Shown one piece after another: positions 12,668 through 25,495 of a stretch of DNA of 64,000 bases. Within the stretch, counting starts at the first letter, position 1, and every line of letters starts with the position of its first letter. The notes under the pieces were generated by a model. It was not told the DNA's origin, ran no database searches, and saw only the letters and a list, made by a program, of their open reading frames with translations. A program made the translations under genes and the position numbers. The stretch is from assembly GCF_018350175.1 (NCBI RefSeq), contig NC_058368.1:135162001-135226000 (forward strand), given 5' to 3'. The stretch comes from Felis catus (Eukaryota).

Positions 12668-15019
12668 TCAAATGGTTGGTCTTCTTTTTTTTCCCAAAAA
12701 TTCTCTGTTGGGGCTGCCTCTACAGATCACAGTTAGGGGAAACTGAATCATCTCACTTATCCCCTTTCAACATTGAACGCACCCACATAACTGTGGGGGC
12801 ATGGTTTGCCATTCAACTCCAGGGCCAAAGAAGATACATGTTATTCTTATAGCTTATGTTTATATAATTAGGCTCCTCCCCAAAGGAAAAGCTAAGATCT
12901 CTTTCTTTGTCCTTTCCCCCCTTTCACTTATTTCCTTCTTCAGGAAAAACCAGAAAGCAAAATGGATAACGTCTTTATGGGCCACTTCCATTAGTGATCA
13001 TACCAGAGTGGAAATGGTGTACAATGCGAGTCTGAGAAAGAGTACAGATAAGGCTTGGGTCAGATAGGGACTGGGAAAACAGAACTTCCCTATTAGCAGG
13101 GAAAAATATATTGGGGTGGGGGCAGAAAGGCTTATACTGGCTTTTTTTTTTTTTAATGGCATAGAAGGCCTCTTGGACTTCAGATAACTCTTACAAAACA
13201 TTTTGATGGATTGAGTGCAAAAAGTGAATCAAACATATGGATTAAATTTTCATTATAATACAGATGGGGTTTTTTTATTATTATTAAATTAAGTAAAATG
13301 TTTGGCAAAGTATATTTGGTTTTGGCCAAACCCAGGACATTTGAAAAATAGTTTTGAGATATTCAGTGAACTGAACACAAAGCCAGGTTTACCCATCCCT
13401 AAAGTTTGGAAAAATTAAATTTGGCTCATCAAGGTTTGATTCAGCGTCAAATATATTTGTGAGGAAATAAGTTTCTGAAACACCAAAATTGCCTACGTGC
13501 CTTAGGAGAGCAGTGGAAATGCCCAGTAGTTATTGAATAACTCAGCCTGCCCAGCACTATAAAAGGCAGCAATCCAGCGACCTGAGAAAAAGGTGAGCTG
13601 TTCCCCTCCTCCCTCACCAAGATATTCAGAACTGAACCCAAGCCAGCGTGTTCTGTATTTGCAACTATGCTGTCTAGCCTAGAAAATTAGCACAAAGCAG
13701 CAAATGAATAGGAAATGCTCATTTGAGAGAAAGGTCATCACCGTAGCTGGATGGCTGACAAGGCTTTTATTATCTGCATTAACCAGAAGAATTTAGAAAA
13801 GCAAAGGACAGTAACAATATTGATGAAAGGTAAGGTCATATTGTTGGATATTTTTTTCCAGGCATTAAGAACTTCATTTTACTTATTTGAAGAAAAAAAA
13901 AAATCCCAAAGGAATGCATAGAAATTTTTGGCACTCTAATACCAGCCTATTTGAATATCTTTCCATCAACCCATGGGTTACTGGAAAAATCTTTTTTTTT
14001 TTTTAATCCATCTATCAGCAACCCATCTGAACATGACTATACATGAAATTTCAAGTTTGGCAATCTTTCATTCCTGCACATGGCCATTGTGAAACTCCAT
14101 ATTACCCATGTTAAAACTTTCGTTTTCTGCCAGGGTTTGGGGGGAATGGGCTCATCTGAAGAGTCAAGTATTCTGGGAAACTAAATGTTCTAAATATCAA
14201 GCCCCGCCATCAAGCTATTGAAAGTTTGCGTTCAAACCACTGTGAGTCAACGTACTTGTCGATCTATGATCCACTCCTCTGTATTCTCAAATAAAGGACT
14301 ATGTTGTATTGTAAGAATGCTCTAAAGGTGGATGAGCCAACAGGGATATTTGCTTCTCAACTACATGATTTCATCTTGCATCTTCTTTGTAGGATGCATG
14401 AATCAAGAAAGCGGAACCACTCTCGATATTTAAAGCATAAAGGGATTCAATATAAGGATTCAGCAACTTATACAAGCATTGGAAGGCTAGGTGGTGTGAT
14501 GCACAGGGATACCACTGCTAGCATTTGCTAACTCAGGAAAAGAAGGCTTCATGGGAGACTGGTACCCATGACCTTAGCTGACTGTGGTACAAGAGCAGGT
14601 GATTCTCAGAGGGTTATCTGGAAATCCTCAGGAAAACCATATGCCTGCCCATACTGTGGCTAGAAAATGGCCTCTCCTTTTCCACATTCTACATCTCTCT
14701 TTGGTAAAATCAAAACCTAAATCCTTCCAGTAAAAGGAAACAGAGTTTCCAGACTTTCAGCGCTTGCACATAGGAGAGAGTTTGGAAGGAAGAGAATGAT
14801 GTTGAGTATCAACAGGCGTTACTGACCCATGTGGTTTTCCTGCTTTTTTGCCTGTTGCTAAGCCCTCTATCACTTACTCAGTGGGTTTGTCTTTGACATC
14901 CCACTCCATTCTTTTCCATCTTTATTTTTGTGGTACTTAACATGCTCATGGCCAGAAAATCTGCTAGCTAGTTTATTAAGAATAAACAGTTGTGAGAGAA
15001 GACCCTGAGACATTTATGA

Positions 15020-15220
15020 AACACAGTGTAGCTGAGTGGTAGATGCCAGACCAAATGTATTCACCCCGCTCTGCCGATTATTAGCTATATTATATTAATT
15101 TTTCTGACCATAGGTTTTCTCATCTGAAAAATGGGAATAATAGCAACTGCCATACCTACTTTTCCCAAAGATATTGCAAGTATTGAATGACTTATACATT
15201 TAAAAGTACTTCACAAACTA
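15020..15220 (+). mobile_element. MIR SINE fragment
   Basis: CTCTGCC..TTATTAGCT...GTTTTCTCATCTGAAAAATGGGAATAATAG core. Confidence 0.7.
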
Positions 15221-15491
15221 CGCTGTCCTGTAAAATTTAATTCATTCTTTCATTCTTTCACCACACTTAGTGCTTCTTTACTCTAGGGCATAGAATGAGA
15301 CAGTTCAGGTGTGTAACACAAAGACGACTAACAGTCTCTGTGCCGTAGAAATTTACCACTCAGTAGCAGGCTAAGTACATTGATTAAAAAAAACAACAAA
15401 CTATAGAGTATCTTAAGGGCCATAATGAAGTACAAACAATAACAATTTAGTCGAGGAAGAACTATTATTTCCATTTGGAGGAATGTGGAAG

Positions 15492-15530
15492 TTTGTTTTG
15501 TTTTGTTTTGTTTTGTTTTGTTTTGTTTTT
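15492..15530. repeat. (GTTTT)n microsatellite
   Basis: About 7 tandem GTTTT units visible. Confidence 0.95.
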
Positions 15531-17707
15531 ACCTAGCTCTCTCATCTGCCTACCTATTCTTCTGTTTGATGCCTGGACTCCCACTTTCATGTACTTTGCA
15601 TGTATTTCCTACAGATACCATCATCTCAATGTCACCACTTACCCATCTAATTCCTTTTACTCCGTTCCCCTTGTAATTGTTTTAAGTCAGTCTTACCACT
15701 GTTTGCCTGCACCACCACAATACCTTCCTCATGAGCCTGTCAGCCCCCAAGCCTGCCCTCATCATACTGACCACCTCACCCCACCCAACACACAGCCCTG
15801 TAGAAGGCTCATCTGTCCTCTGCACTGCTTTTAGAATACTCTATCTCCCAGGCAAATCTAATCGTACAATAATCTATTTAAAATCTCTTCAAAGAACAAC
15901 CTCTAGTTTCAGAATGAAGTTGAAATGCCTTCCTCCAGCACACAAGGTCCTCCTTGATTTGGCCCCAGTTTTCTTCTCTACACTGAGATCCACGGATGTG
16001 TCTTTCTGCATGAACTTCACGACGCCTATTTGTAACACTCAAAACAGCATGTTTTCTCCTTCCTGATTCATGATGGTGTTAAGAGTAGTGTAACTGTGAC
16101 CCTTAGAATGAGGGATTCGATTTGGGATATTGGTGGCCTGGGGGAACAAAAGGGCTGGCTGGAGAGAATACAAGAGGAAAAAGTACAAGAGAGAAGGAAG
16201 AAAGGTAAAACCTGCCATTTGCATCACCTGGTTTATGTGATACTGCATACAGGAACCAGGACTCAAACTTACTGTCGGGTTTGGAAGGATTCACTCAGGA
16301 GGCACACTCAATGCAGTTCCAGCACGAGTAAGATTCTTCTTTTCTATGTGGAGACCAGAAGTCAGGAATGGTCTGCACCCTTTTATAGAGGAAGAATCCA
16401 TTTGGAGAGAAGCTTTACATGACTACATGAACCTTCACTGTACAGACTGTCCTCCAAATGTTTTCTAGTGGGATGTGGTTGTTGCAATTATTATAAGGAT
16501 TATCTAACATTTACATAGCACGTCACATTTTCCCAAATGCTGCCATAAATATCTCATTTAAGGATCAACTTCTGGGCCCTCAAAATTAAAGGCTGGAGTT
16601 TTCAAAGGGTGCCCAGGCTACTTGCCAGGCTAACTAAAATGGTTATCATATGCCATGTTTTCATGGAGGCTTTGAACTCTCTGTTAAGTCTTGGCAAATC
16701 TAATGTGTCTAATTACGTGTTACTTCAAGTTAACATGGCGACATGGTAGAGCTCAGAAATACTTAAATGAATGAATAATCACAAACCTTTGTGCTAGGAA
16801 CTCAGATCATCCCTTTAACACATCAGCTAGTAGAGTATGGAAGATCAAAGAGAGTAGGTAGTGTGAGAACACACGAAGGCTGATGTTGATTGCTGACTTG
16901 ACTCTATTTGTTCTCCTTAAGTGTCAGACTGGTCTGGGTGTGTTCCTGTGTCTAAGGGTGGAGAAGTAGTGTGTAGAGAGAGAAGAAAAAAATCCTTCTA
17001 TTTTACGATTAATGGAATCACTAAGCTTTTTTGAACATTTTTCTTGGAGATTTAAGGGTCCGTGGGCTTAACACTGTGCGACTGAACTAGTGATGGGTTT
17101 CGAGAAGACTAAAAATTAGCTTTTTCACAAACCTTTCTCCTTGACTCAAACATCAAGAGCTTGTCAACATCAACTTAGAGAAACGGAACCAAACACAATG
17201 TGTTTAGACTCCAAATTGAAATTTGAAAAGATACATAAGCGATGCTTTTCAGTCACTTCACAGATCATTATCCCTTCCTTTTTTTCCTCCCTTCTGACGT
17301 TCTCTTCTGAAATAACTAGATCTTTGTGTTCTGAAGCTTCTGAAATTTCTGGCAGGATCCATATGACTTGATTCAGACCACAGGACAAATACCCTGCTGG
17401 GGCAACGTGAAAACCACAAGTGTTTTCACTTGGTACTTCTGGTCACCTAGTCTTGTGACTTCTTTCCGTGAACAGTGTAGTTCCCAAATTTCTTAATATC
17501 CTTTTGGAGAACCATGAGGACTGCTTCATTTACAATGTAATCCTATAGACAAAGAGGGTATATTTCATGCCTTTAGACTTCTTCGGGGAAAACTAAGACT
17601 GTTACGAGGGCCTTAACTTAAAGATTTTTTAAGCTAGCGATGGCTAATTAGGGAAGGGATGAAAAACAACATTTGGGAAGTACTCCGTGGCTGCTTTTCA
17701 TAATGTT

Positions 17708-18210
17708 TGTATTTGTTTCCTGTGACAGCTGTAACAAATCACCACAGTGCTGGAAGCTTTAAACAATGCACATTTACTCTCTTACAATTTTGGAGGTCAG
17801 AAGTCCGAAATTAGTTTCATGATGGCAAAAGCAAGGTATTGGCCTTACTCCCTCTGTACCATACTCTCTCAGCAGGCTCTAGAGGAGAATCTGTTTTCCT
17901 CATTTTTCCCCCTTCTAGAGCTGTATTGCCTGTACTCCTTGGCTCATGACCCCTTCTTACCATCTTTAAAGCCAGCCACATGGTATCAGTTTGGTAACAT
18001 TGCCTTCTTCTGTGTCAAATCTTGTTTGGCCCTCCTCTTATAAGGGCACTTGTGATTGTATTGGGTTCACCCAGATAACCCAGAATAATTTCTCTATCTC
18101 AAAATTCTTAATCATATCTGCAAAACCTCTTTTGCTATCTAAGACAGCATGCACTATTTCCCGGGATAAGGGCCTGGATATCTTTTGGGGGCCATTATTC
18201 AACCTACCAC
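17708..18210 (-). mobile_element. MaLR solo LTR (MLT1D/E-like)
   Basis: GCTGTAACAAATCACCACA...TCTTACAATTTTGGAGGTCAGAAGTCC...CCCTCCTCTTATAAGG..CTTGTGATT..ATTGGG..CACCCAGATAA...GGGGGCCATTATTCAACCTACCACA. Confidence 0.82.
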
Positions 18211-19084
18211 ATTTTTGCTTTTAATTTTCACAGCTATACCATCACACGGACATTGTTATCTCCATTCTACAGATAAGGCTACTGAGGCACAGACAAATCA
18301 ATAAATATATCATTATTTCAGGTAATATGTAGCATAGCCAAAGTTCAAATCCAATTCTTCCGGGTTTATGGAAGAAAAGAACGAATATCAGAAATACAAA
18401 GCAACATTGATGAAAACTTTTTCACGTCTTTTTTCTAAATTCCTTTCCCATCTCTCCCTATATAGCAGAGAAAACCAATTCCCTCTATATCTGCCTGGTA
18501 TTTGACAGAACAAAAAACTGTCTATTTCTAGATGCGGGATTGGAAAGAAATGGTCACCGACCATTGGTTGGGACTGAACTTCATACTTTGTCTAAATTCT
18601 TTGTATAACTTTTCTCACCTTTCAGCTTGTATTAAAAAAGCAATTTTTGGTCCTTTCAATGTACCAGTCACTGTTCTAAGTGTCTTTATAGGCATCAACT
18701 CATTTAACCCTTGCAACATGCCTAGACTATAGGTGCTATCATTACCCTCTTTTTTTCATTCACAAATGAGAAAATTGATCTACACAGTGGTTAAGTAATT
18801 TCATTAATTTTTCACAGACTAGGATTCCAGCCCAGGTATCTTTAACCACTAGGTACTGTACTATGCTACTTACAGTCTAATGCTTTATATGTATTTTAAA
18901 CCTCTATTTTCTAATGTCTGTAAGGAGAGGCTTTATTCCGATTCTCCCTTTTCCCATATCACTGACTATAGTTTATTACACACGAGAGATAGGCCTTTAG
19001 GAATTGACTAAACAAAACAATACCAATTGTAACTGTTATTTCTGTTTTTCTCATATATTTACTCCTGAATATATTCCTTCAGAA

Positions 19085-19250
19085 CTTTGCTACTCAAAGT
19101 GTGGTCCCCAAACCAGCAACATAGGCATCACCTGGAGGCTTGTGAGAAATGGAGACTTCTCAGGCCCCACACCAGACCTCCAGAATCAGAATCTGTATTT
19201 TAATAAGTTTCCCATGTGATTTACATGCATGTTAAAATTTGAAAACCACC
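19085..19250. mobile_element. MER5A-like hAT-Charlie MITE
   Basis: CTCAAAGTGTGGTCCCC..ACCAGCAACAT..GCATCACCTGG..CTTGT.AGAAAT...CAGGCCCCAC.CCAGACC...GAATCAGAATCTG..TTTTAA. Confidence 0.85.
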
Positions 19251-20404
19251 CTTTAAAGAATATATTTAGATTTAACAAACTTATTCCACAATACCTACAT
19301 GGTTCTCTCACCTATTTATACACTTGAATGCTGTGGCTTTGGCCTCTTTAATTCCACCCTAAGCCTAAAGTTCTATGGTGTGGCCAGTTCTATAAAAGCT
19401 ATTTCTTTTGAAAACATTTGTTTCTATGTGAAAATAGCAGTGTTACTTATGGAAAGCATTAGTAGCCATGACTTTTTTTTTTCTTCAAAGCAAGTACACA
19501 AGAATCTCCCCTGCCCTCAAACACACACAGACCCAGCTTCAGAAGGCTGCACTGCAGGTAAGCTAGAGAAAGCTGCAGCAGCCAGGCAGAGCAAGGACTC
19601 GCTGCCTGTCCCTGGAACAGGGGAGGAAGCTGCTCATCACTGTGACACAAAATAAAGCCCCTAAAGTAGCTCATACGTTTCAACCATCAGGACTGTTTCA
19701 TAACAACCGTTTCCCCTTCTCACACCCACCTCCGGACCCTGCGGCACCTGGCCGCAGAAACTCATGAATAAAGAAGAGAATGATATCCAAGGAAATCCAA
19801 GGGAATGCCTTCTGGAGAGTCTGAAGAATGGTTTGTGATGCCAAGATTGAGGGACCCCTTTTTCAACTACGAGCTGATATTGCTATAAGAATAATAAAGG
19901 ACTCAGTGAGCATGGAGGGAGATCAGATCACTGCAGATCCCCACTCTTGAGATTGGAAATCAACCTGACTCCTAAAATGGGATAGGAAAATCGAACTGTG
20001 AAGAAACCAACAGTTTCAGACAACCTATCCTGCTTCTCTTTCAGAACTCAGTTGACTTTACTAGACTTTTTGTTTTAATATTTTAATCTACATCCACATA
20101 AAAAGTATTGGTGGATTGTTATCATTAACATGGTATCCTCAATCTATAAACACAGAGGATGTTAATACCCCCATCATCCACAGGGTGTGCAATTTTGAGA
20201 ATTTTAGCCTCCAACCTTGGATTTAAACAGTGCCCGATCCTAAGTGTATTTAACTGAGAACCTTTGCTTCTGATCAAGATGAAGTACCAGAAAATAAATT
20301 TACCCTCACTCCTGAAACAATAAAAAGTTAGACAAAATATATAAACCAATGGCTTCCAAAACACAGGACATGAGGCAACAAAAAGCAATGACCTCTGAGA
20401 AAGA

Positions 20405-20622
20405 TTTTTTTTTTTTAATGTTTATTTTTGAGAAAGAGAGAGAGAGAGAGAGAGACAGCACAGCGGGGTAGGGGCAGAGGGGGAGGGAGACAGAATCCGA
20501 AGCAGACTCAAGGCTCTGAGTTGTTAGCACAGAGCCCCACACGTGGGCTCAAACCCACAGACTGCGAGATCATGACCTGAGCAGAAGTCGATGCTTAACT
20601 GACTGAGCCACCCAGCGACCCC
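20405..20622 (-). mobile_element. CanSINE
   Basis: T tail, (GA)n, ACAGAATCCGAAGCAG, ends GAGCCACCCAG. Confidence 0.93.
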
Positions 20623-21951
20623 AAGAAGTGTCTGCTTTTAAAAAGCTCATAGAGGTTAGGTCTACCTGGATCATCATCTCTCTATCTTAAACTCAACTTA
20701 TTAGTAACAATTATATCTGCAAAACCTCTTTTCCCATGTATTGCAGCTTAATAATAAGAGTAACAGCAGGGGTCAAAAATATGGAGGCCATCGGGATCCT
20801 GCCAAACAGAAGTACCCAGAAGGGTCTCACTTTAGTAGTGGGGTAAAAATAGCCCTCCATTAAATGTTTCCCTCATCCAGATTAACAAAGTTTACAAGCA
20901 AGACTCAAAAGCACCAAACTTTTTTCTGATTACTTAACCATATCCCACAACAAAACTCTAGAATACCTATAGGAACACAAAAATATATAGCAGCCAAAAA
21001 GGTAAAAATCACAATGTCTGGCATTTAATTTAAAAAATTACCACACTTGAAAATCAGCAGGAATAGGTGACCTGTAATGAAGAGATAAATTAAACAATCA
21101 AAACCAACTCAGAACTGACAGCAATGATAGAATTATGGACAAAGACCTTATTATAGTTATTACATCTATATTCCATGTGACCAAAATGCTACAGGGAAAA
21201 TTGACCATACTAAGTAAAAATATGGAATATATATAATATTTTTAAAAGACACACAATGATCTTTCAGAGATCAAAAACACACTATGTGGAGTTAATGTCA
21301 TTTTAGATATTGCAGAAGAAAATATCGGTAAACTGGAAGACATAGTAAGAGACACTATTCAAAATAAAATACACAGAAAAAAAAATAAAAATAAACAATT
21401 AAACAAAACATTCATGAGATCTGGGCAACTTGAAAGTGCCCAACATGTATATAATTGGAATCCTTAAAGGGGAACAGAATGAACTTATGAAATAATAGCT
21501 CACAAACTTCCAAATTTGTTGGAAACTATAGACCCACAGATCCAAGAAGCTCAACGAACCTCAAGCACAAGAAATATGAAGAAAACTACCCCAATACACA
21601 TCACATTCAAATTTCTTAACTACAGTGATAAAAAGAAAATCTTAAAAGCAGCTACAAAAGAAGATCATAATATGTACAGAAGAACAAGAATGAAACTATA
21701 TTTCTCATCAAAAACAATGCAAATAAGCAACACCTATATAGTACTAAAAAAATTATCAACATAGAATTCTACACTCAGCAAAAATATCTGTTTTTTAAAT
21801 ATCCATTTAAAACAAAGGTGAAATAAATTTTTTTTTTTACATATACCACAGTTGAAAGATTCCATCACCATCATGCCTGCACAAAAAGAAATGTTATAAG
21901 AAATCTTTCAGTCACAGGGAAAATGATAGCAGATAGAAATATGTATCTGCA

Positions 21952-22176
21952 GGGCGCCTGGGTGGCGCAGTCGGTTAAGCGTCCGACTTCAGCCAGGTCA
22001 CGATCTCACGGTCCGTGAGTTCGAGCCCCGCGTCGGGCTCTGGGCTGATGGCTCGGAGCCTGGAGCCTGTTTCTGATTCTGTGTTTCCCTCTCTCTCTGC
22101 CCCTCCCCCGTTCATGCTCTGTCTCTCTCTGTCCCAAAAATAAATAAACGTTGAAAAAAAAAATTAAAAAAAAAAA
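21952..22176 (+). mobile_element. Young SINEC_Fc copy with TSD
   Basis: GGGCGCCTGGGTGGCGCAGTCGG...TTCAGCCAGGTCACGATC; CpGs retained; TSD AGAAATAT(G/C)TATCTGCA at 21935-21951 and 22177-22193. Confidence 0.97.
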
Positions 22177-22287
22177 AGAAATATCTATCTGCACAAAAAA
22201 AGAAACATCAGAAATGGTGACTACATGGCCAAATATTGATCATTTACTTATTATAGGAAGGTCTTTAAACAATAATTGGCCATTTAA

Positions 22288-22503
22288 AACAGGGAATGGT
22301 AAACTTTTTGCTGGAAAAGGTAAGAGAGTACATATTTTAGATAATGCAGGCCATACAGTCTTTGTGGCACTACTCAGTTCTGCAGTTGTATCATGAAAGC
22401 ACCCATTAAAAAAGCATGTAAATGAATTGGTACAGCTGTGATACAGTAAAACTTTATTTACCGAAACAGAGGGCAGGCTGGACTTTAGTTTGTCAATCTC
22501 TGA
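22288..22503. mobile_element. MER58-like hAT-Charlie MITE
   Basis: AAACTTTTT..TG.AAAGG..AGA.AGTA.ATATTTTAG...GGCCATACAGTCT.TGT..CACTACTCA...AAAACTTTATTTAC..AAACAG..GGCAGGC.GGA.TT. Confidence 0.8.
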
Positions 22504-23534
22504 CTTAAAGGAAAAATAACGATGATGCAGGGTGAGATTTATAATACAAAGAAAAGTAAAAGGTTTGACAACTACAGCATAAAGGCTGTAAGGTGAGAAC
22601 TGGAAATATATTATTGTAAGTTTCTATTATTATATGTGATGCAGTACGATGTTACTTGAAGGTAGATTGGACACAGTTAACTGTAACTTCACTGTGCTGA
22701 GTTAACTATTTAAGTGTTCTGTAGGCTAAAGCAACTGTTTCCAGAACCAAGCAAAGAATTAGAGTTAAAACACAGTCAAGAAAATAAGAGGGAATCACAA
22801 AAAGTACCTACTTGAAAAGAAAACAGCAAAAGGAAGAAAGGAAACAAAGAATACATAGGATAAACATAAAATAAATAGCAGAAAAATATAACACCCTGAT
22901 TAAAATGTCAATAGTAATCATGAAAAAGGGAAAAACATGCAGGTTAAAGGCTAACTTTAGTGGAAAGATGAAAACTGTACAAAAGAACCACGTGGTACCC
23001 TTGAAAGTAATATAACACCGCATGTTAACTATACTGTAACAAAAATAAAAGCATTTTTTTAAAAAATGAAAATAAAACAAAAATATATTACACTTCCCAG
23101 TTTGCATTTAAAACAAATTCCTTAAGAGATAATTGACTGTTAAAAGCAAAAATAATGACAATGTATTGTACGGTCTGTAATACAAGTAGAAGTAAAATGC
23201 GTAACAACAGCACAAAGGATGGAGGAAGCAATGGAAGTATATTTGTACTGTTCTTGTATATGAGGAAATAGGGTATCATTTAAAGGTAGATTCTGATCAT
23301 TAGAGATGATTATGAGAAACTTTAGAGCAAACACACACACCAAAACAAAACAAAAGATATAGCTAAAAAGCCAATGGTGGAGAAAAAAGGAAGATAATAA
23401 ATATATTAAACACAAAATAAAGAGGAAAAAAATGGAACAGAGGGAAGGAAAATACAAAAAATATAAAACAAGTAACAACATGGTAAGCTCAAACCCAAAT
23501 ATATCAATAATTACCTTAAATGTAGATGCTCTAA

Positions 23535-23735
23535 ACTCCTGGTGTCCAATACACTAACCACAGGCCATGTGGAGCTCCTAATATTAGTTAAAAATTTACT
23601 AAAATAATCTACTTAGCTCCCCAGTCACACTAGCAACACTTCAAATGCTCAGTAGCCAACTGATTAATGGCTAACATATTGGACAGATAATTTATAACAT
23701 TTCCATCATCAGAGAAAGGTCTGCAGGAAAAGACT
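23535..23735. mobile_element. MER3/MER33-like hAT-Charlie fragment
   Basis: TGTCCAATA...CAGTCACACTAGC.ACA.TTCAAATGCTCAGTAGCCA...ATATTGGACAG...ACATTTCCATCATC. Confidence 0.7.
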
Positions 23736-24048
23736 AGTCTAAGTAATTTCAGTTAAAAGCAAAATTATGCAAATGAATAAAAAAGCAAGAGTTATCTTCC
23801 AAAATAAAACACACAGACACATAAACACCCATGTATACACGTGTGTGCAAATGGGAAGGGTCAAAAGGTAAAGATTGGAAAAAGATATACCACGTGGATA
23901 CTAATCATAAGAAATTTGGAGTGATTCTATCAGTGTCAGACAAAGCAGGCTTCCAAATAAGGCACACAACCAAGGATAAAGTGGAACATTCCAAAATGAT
24001 AAATGACTCATTTTACTTAACAATCTTCAATAACACTAAAGAAGACTT

Positions 24049-24276
24049 GGGGCACCTGGGTGGCTCGGTCGGTTAAGCGTCCGACTTCGGCTGAGGTCAT
24101 GATCTCATGGTCTGTGAATTCGAGCCCCGCGTCGGGCTCTGTGCTGACAGCTCAGAGCCTGGAGCCTGTTTCCGATTCTGTGTCTCCCTCTCTCTCTGCC
24201 CCTCCCCCGTTCATGCTCTGTCTCTGTCCCAAAAAAAATAAATAAACGTTGAAAAAAAAAAAAGAAAAAGAAAAAT
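24049..24276 (+). mobile_element. CanSINE (SINEC_Fc) with TSD
   Basis: TSD TAAAGAAGACTT at 24037-24048 and 24277-24288. Confidence 0.96.
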
Positions 24277-24792
24277 TAAAGAAGACTTAACTAAAGATGT
24301 TTGTATCCAATAGCAGAGATTCAAAACCCAGGAAACACTGCACTAGACATACCCTCCTTCATGAAACAACATAAAAAGCTGGACAAAATATGTGAAACAG
24401 TGATCTTCAAGGTATTAGACATCAGGCAACAAAGGACAGTAGTCCTTGAGAGGCAGGAAACAAATGAGGTGAATCCTACAGTTGCCTCATCGACAGGTCC
24501 TGGTGCAAAGACGGAGAGCACAGGTGGAACTTGGTGGCTCCCTGAATGGAAGACACAGACCTGATGACCCAGGGAGATGAAAGCAGTAACAGGTTATAGG
24601 ACGGAATGCCAGAGAAGAGACAGTTCTATGAAGAGAGAACTCCAGAGATCACAGGGCTATACACATGTCTACACAAAACAAAACAAAACAAAAAAGAGCC
24701 AAGGAGAATGGAGAGCACTGAAAATCGAATAAATGAAGGTAAGTGTAAAATTAATTTTCATTATTTTTAATTTAATTTAAGTGGTAGATTTA

Positions 24793-25008
24793 GGGGTGCC
24801 TGAGTGGCACAGTCAGTTAAGCATCCAACTTCGACTCAGGTCATGATTTCACGGTTCATGAGTTCAAGCCCCACGTTGGGCTCTGTGCTGATAGTTCAGA
24901 GCCTGGATCCTGCTTCAGAATCTGTGTCTCCCTCTCTCTGCCCCTCCCTCACTCACACTTTATCTCTCTCTGAATCTCAAAAATGAATAAACCTTAACAA
25001 AAATTTTT
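24793..25008 (+). mobile_element. CanSINE
   Basis: SINE head and body; flanking TGGTAGATTT duplication. Confidence 0.93.
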
Positions 25009-25315
25009 AAATGGTAGATTTGAAACTAACTACATCAATATAATTACATTAAATATACACTATATAAACACATCAATAAAAAGACAGAAATTATCCAATT
25101 AGATAAAAATAAAAATAAGACCCAACTATATGCTATCTACAAAAAAAATCACCTTTAAATGAACTTATCAAAAAATTATAATTTGTCAACTATAAATTAA
25201 TACCTAAAGTAAAAGTAAAAAAATGGACATAGATTTGGCATGCAAACACCAATAAAAAGAAAGTTAGAAAAGCTATATTGATATCCAAAAAAAAAGACTT
25301 AAGAGTGAGAAATAC

Positions 25316-25495
25316 GGGGACACCTGGGTGACTCGGTTGGTTGGGTATCTGTTTCTTGGTTTAGGCTCGGGTTATGAGCTTATGGTTTGTAAGATCCAGC
25401 CCTGCTCTGGAACTCTCTTCTCTCTCTGCCTACCCCCACCCCCACTCGCACAGTCTCTCTTTCTGAAAATAAAGAAACAAACTTTAAAAAAAGGA
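25316..25495 (+). mobile_element. Older diverged CanSINE
   Basis: GGGGACACCTGGGTGACTCGG head, CT tract, A tail. Confidence 0.85.

Noticed and set aside
13528..13598. TATAAAAGG (13558) followed by AAG|GTGAGC donor (13593) and a short palindrome AGTTATT-G-AATAACT
   Set aside because: The donor is only ~5 nt past the expected TSS, too close for a first exon, and the palindrome is expected by chance in AT-rich DNA.
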